This document shows, in pieces, positions 53,601 to 59,600 of a stretch of 64,000 nucleotides of DNA (positions are counted from its first letter, which is position 1; each line of letters begins with the position of its first letter). The stretch is from Leucoraja ocellata (taxonomy: Eukaryota). The stretch lies in contig JAWMAR010000053.1 of assembly GCA_036785375.1 (NCBI GenBank), positions 4,402,001 to 4,466,000 on the forward strand, given 5' to 3'. The notes under the pieces were generated by a model, which saw only the letters and a list, made by a program, of their open reading frames with translations, was not told the origin of the DNA and did not search any database. The translations under genes were made by a program, and so were the position numbers.

Positions 53601-56600
53601 GCTTAAAAAACAAATCTATGAAAAGTAATATAAAAAAATAGAGGTAATATTTTAATATCATTAATTCTTTATTTTGTTAACGTATCAGTTTCTATTTATT
53701 TCCTGATGTGTATGCTTAGTTTTTAAGAACCAAGAATGAAAGCAAGATGAGGGCATACAGTCTGCTCCATCAGTTAATAAGAAAAAGGCTGAACTTATGT
53801 ATCTCATCCAATTTCCTGTCCAATTTCTTAGTCCTCTTTGTTTTGAAAGTGCCCAGTGCAGGTTATCCCTACATTACGAGGGGAGGTGGGAGTTGTTGCC
53901 ATATTGGTATTTTCCAGTATGTGATGCTGCAAAACTTTGGGTGGTGATTAGTGAATTCTGTACGGACAAATTTTCACAACATGGCAAGAGCTGCTTGTAA
54001 TTTGTACGCCTTAGCCTTGAATGTATACAGTGAGTGGGCGAGTGATCACATTTCAGTCATAAAGTATAATATCACTGAAAAAATAAAAAATATCTAAGGA
54101 TCCGATTATCTAATCTGGTTCCTACCTAATTTGCTGTTGCTTTAACCAGGGTCCAAAACAAAGATCCTATCCTAATGATATTCCACACTGTGGAGTCCAG
54201 CAGCATTCGTATTCGATTGTTCAAAAAAAGAGGCCCTTTTCTGGAAACGTGCTATCAGCTGGCAACAGGTTTTACCAACTGAAGTGCTTGTCAATTATTT
54301 TATTAGTTTTTAATTGGCAGACATTTAAAGGTAGATTAAAAACTGTTAAATTGAAGTAAATAATGAATTATTTAAAAAAAACATTTTAATCGTAAAATAA
54401 TTAAAAAATATAAATGTTATCTGAAACACATCAAAGCACTCAAAAGAACTAAAGGAAATACAAAATTAAAAATGACAATTTTAGCTACAAACCTTTCGCT
54501 CTGCAATTCTCGTTAAAATGAACATTGTGTCAGATCTTACAGCAAGTCTGAACCTTGCCCATGATCCAAGAAACAGCTTCCCCAACATAATGTCAAATTC
54601 TGCTTCTTGGGTTGAGCATTACAGTGAACGAACAAGAAGTCCATGTTAATACTCTGGAAACTGAAAAGTATAATTTCAATGATTGACTACCAATTGTTCA
54701 AGCGAAAACATCAGTAAAAGTCAATTTACCTTAGGCCGGTTAGTTCTATATGATATTCACAATGCTACTTCTTTCTGTTGCAGATTATTTAATTCCACCA
54801 AACTTTACCAAAAAACCTCATCAAACAATACAGGAATCAGAAGGACAATCCATAAAAATTGAAGCTCGTGTTTCAGGTTCACAACCATTATCTATAACCT
54901 GGTTCAAAGATGAGCAAGAAATTTTGCAAACTGAAAATTACATATTATTATTTAAAAATAATGTAGTACAATTGAACATTAAGAAAGCACAGCTTGCTGA
55001 CTCTGGTGTCTATACATGTGAAGCATCCAATGAAGCAGGCACTGCAGAAGTTAATGTGTCTGTTCTGATTCAAGGTTAGTGAAGGGATTAGTTATTGTAA
55101 GGGTTACAAATGCTTTTGTTTCTTCAGTCATATTTATTGGTATTTGTGTTTAAGTATTGTTAGAAATATATTAATTTTAAGATACAAAACCCAAAAGGCA
55201 AAGTGATTAATCCATGGTTCACAAGAGAAATTGAAGACATTATCAAATAAAATGAAGAGCCTTATATACATGACAGAAATTTCAGTAAGCTTGAAAATTG
55301 TGAGCATTTTAGAACTTAGCAAAGCTAGGTTCAGTAAAGAAATTGATCAAGAAAGACAACATGGATTTGTGAGTAGACTGTAAAGAAACATAAAAATGGA
55401 TTCTAAAGACATTGAAGGTTAGGTTAAAAAAAAAATGGCAAAATGTGGGCCTTTACAGACTGAGGGAGCAGAATTTATATTGGGAAATAAGGAAATGGAA
55501 GAGACACTTTGCACCTGTCTTCATAAAAGAAGATACACAACCTATAATAGAGTGTCCAGCAAAAATGCAGAACTGAAGGCACAGTATTACAGTATTGGAC
55601 AAGAAAAAGTACTAAAAGAGTCAGTGAACTTGAAAGATGATAAATACAAAGGAACGGATGATCTACATCTTTTTTGAGATTTGAAGGAAGTGGATTTAGA
55701 AGCAAGGATTCTGAAGAAGGGTCTCGACCCAAAACATCACCCATTCCTTCTCTCCAGAGATACTGCCTAGTCCTGCTGAGTTACTGCAGCAACCTTAGAA
55801 GCAGGGATAGTTCTGCTTATCATTTTTTACAGATGAATTCTGGGCCTAGTGCTATGGATTGGAGAGTAGCAAATATGGCATAACTATGTAAGAAAGGAGA
55901 GTGAGAGGAACAGGGTACTACTGTTAGCCTAACATCGGTGGTAGAAAAAGTACCGGAAACTACATTGAAAGATTTAATAACAGAACACCTTGAGAAGGAT
56001 AATCAATAAGGATTTATGAAAGGAAAATTATGTTTGACTAATTCACTGGACTTCTTTAAGGATGTGACCAGTAGAATAGATAAAGACAAATGAGTGGATT
56101 AGATTTATGCTTTCATTAAGGCAGTTGGTCAATAAGATCAGAGCACATGGATTTTAGAGTAATATGGTGACATGGATTGAGAATTAATTATCGGACAGAA
56201 AGCAAGGGATGTGAATCAACAGTTCTTTCTCAGGTTGACAGGCTTCAATTAGGTAGTAGCACTATCCAGTAATAACACTACAACTGATGCTTGGGCACCA
56301 GCTATTCACAATCTATATCAGCAATTTGGGTGAGGGGCCAAACACTGAATTCCAAAATTTGGTGATGATAGTAAACTAGGGGAGATTGTGTTCATTGGAC
56401 TATGTCATATGGGGAAGCTATGTACGAGCTGAAAGAGCGGGCATGAATGTTGCAAGTGGAATATAATGTGGAAAGGTGTGAGGTCATCCATTGTGGCGAA
56501 CGTAGCAGATAAGTAGAGTATTTGTTAAATTGAGAGATTGAGTGGTATTAATGATCAATGGGACCTGTGTGTGCTTGTACAAAGCCACTGAAGACCAACA

Positions 56601-59600
56601 TGCAAGAGTAGCATGTGATGGGGTTAGCCTTTACAATGGGAGAATTGCATCACAGGAGTAAGGAACTCTTATTGCAATTGTATAGTTGGTGAAATCGCAC
56701 CTGAAGAATTGGTTACAGTTTTGGTTTCCTTACTTAACAAAGGTGTACTTGCCAAAGAGAGAATGAAAGAAAAATTCACTAAACTGATTCCAAGAATTCT
56801 GCTTTCATCGAATGAAGAGAGATGGGATTATGCCCTATAGAATTTAAAAGAATGAAAAGTGATGTTTCAAGAATTAAAAAAAATGATTTGAAATGAAGAC
56901 TGTTTTCCCTGATTGAGTCTAAACCACAATGTTTGGGCCTCAAATAAAACATTTCAGCTGAGATGAGGAAATATTATTCTAGTGTGGTGAACCTTTGGAA
57001 TTCTCCAGCCCAGAGGACTGTGAAGTCTCAATTGTTATGTTCATTCAAAACATCGCTGAATGCAAGGGACTGAATTGCCTATTCCTGCTCCTGTTAATTG
57101 TGTTTTCCATTATTCATTATACTGGTGTGCAATGAATTTTTATATCCTTGCCTATTGTAAACACCTCTTGTCAACATTCCATTTAATAGTATTTTTCAAC
57201 CAGTGATTTACTACAGAATATAAATAGAAATTATTTTGATTTCAGGATTGGGCATAACTAGGAAGACCAATAATTATTGTCCATCCCGAATGGCCCTTGA
57301 TAAGGTGGTGGTTATTCACCTTCTTGAACATGCCATAGATTTCCAGAAAAGGCAGCTGATAATGCCATTGGGGATTCCACAAATTAAACTCAGTGATTAT
57401 GACAGCAATATCTTTCAAGTCAAAATATTGTGAGATTTGGACAGGAGCCCACTGGTGCGATGCTCTTTCTTGAACTCTACTCGAGTTCATGGCTTTAGCA
57501 GATACTGTCAGATTTGCCTTGGCAAGTGATTGCAGTGTATTTTGTAGATGACACACACTGCAGTCACAGTGCCGTGATGTTGTTTGGAATTTAGAAGGAT
57601 GAGAGGGAATCTTATAGAAACATATTTCCTGCATCTAGCCTTAAAGGATTGGACAGGCTAGATGTAGGAAAAATGTTCCTGATGTTGGGGGAGTCCAGAG
57701 CCAAAGGTCACAGTTTAAGAATAAAGGGTAGGCCATTTAGAATCGAGATGAGGAAAAACGTTTTCACCCAGAGAGTTGTGAATCTGTGGAATTCTCCGCC
57801 ATAAAAGGCAGTGGAGGCCAATTCACAGGATGTTTTCAAGAGAGAGTTAGATTTAGCTTTTAGGGCTAAAGGCATCAAGGGATATGGGGAAAAAGCAGGG
57901 ACGGGATACCGATTTTAGATGATCAACCTTGATTATATTGAATGGTGGTGCTGGCTCGAAGGGCCGAATGGCCTACTCCTGCACCTATTTTCTATGTTTC
58001 TATGGAATTAATGTTTAAATTGGCTTATCGTGGTTGGCTGCATTGTATTAGTGGATGTCAAGCTTCTTACCTGTTGCTTTCATAGTACGCGATCGTTGGT
58101 GTGAAGATCTCAAAATCTTTGTACATGAATCACTGAGCATTAGGTTGAATGGTCTTACTCCATGACTATTTTTATTTTACAGAGCATAAAACTCCACCTT
58201 CTTTCTTAAGAAAAATTGAGAATATGGAAGTAACTCTTGATTTACCAGTCACATTTGAGTGTTGTATAGCTGGTTCAGCTCCAATTGAAACTTCTTGGTT
58301 TAAAGACGGTGTAAAATTGCTGCCTGGAACAAACTTAATTACATCTTTCATAGAGAATGAAGCAACTCTTAAAATTCTTAATACTGAGATGAATCATGCT
58401 GGTGAATACACTTGCAAAGCTTCCAACATAGTTGGAGTTGCATCATGTAGTTCGACACTAGCTCTCAAAGGTATGTAGGGTTAAATATTTATCAAGGCAC
58501 CTATAATTAATGAACATTGATCTTAACTTTAATATTTGCTTTGATCTGTCATTGACAGACCTTATTGTAATTCACACTTTTGTAATAACTCTTACAACTC
58601 TTTTCTATAATGTTTCCGGTGTATAGAGTTGCCCCTCTATGTTTCGTTAAATATATGCTTGTTCTGATTCTTTGCTTAATTAGTAGTTACCTTAATTTTC
58701 TGGTATTTACTCTTCAATATTTGCTTTCCACACTTATTGCTGTATGTTATTATTTTACTGTTTATACATTTACAATAGAATACAATTCTTGTTATTTTTT
58801 CAGAGTCTCGAGTTGCTCCTCTATTTGACAAAAAGCTAGAACCAGCGGAAGTTACAATTGGGAAAACTGTGGACCTTGAATGCCACTTAATTGGCTCTTC
58901 CCCAATTAAAGTTACTTGGTCGAAAGATCGCAAAGAGATTCGATCGGGTGGCAATTACAAGATAACTTATGTGGAAAATACAGCTCATTTGATAATTCTG
59001 AAAGCAGACAAGGGAGATGCTGGCCAATACATTTGTGAGGCCAGCAATGATCTTGGAAAGGATTCCTGCAAAACTCAAGTGACCGTGAAAGGTTATTGCT
59101 CAATAATAATTATACCTTACTGTCTAGTATATCTTATGAGAACAGGGTTTATTATTTATGAAAAAAATATTTCATTTTACATCTTTTTTAATTTATTTTG
59201 GCCAGTTTTTTAACCAGTTTTGTTATGTTTGTAAGTGGAATGCCAATGGGTTAAAAAAAGCTAATCTATGAGATATAACATTAAAAGTAAAGAGATTTTC
59301 TTAATATTAATTATTCTTTACTTTAAAAAGACACCTTCTTCAACCATTCTTTCTTGAGGTACAATTATAATGTTTAAGGATGAAAAAAATAATGGCAGTA
59401 CTAAACCAAATAACATGCTCAACAAGAACAAGGCTGAAATTCTGATACCAATACTTTTCTCATGGAAGATTAATACCTCTGATGATATGAGATCAATAAT
59501 CTATGGATCATATTGTGCATGAGACACTGACAGTAGTCTTTCTGCGTCATACTAACACTCATTGCAGAGGCTCCAATTTGTTCGTCTTCATTCTGGAGTC

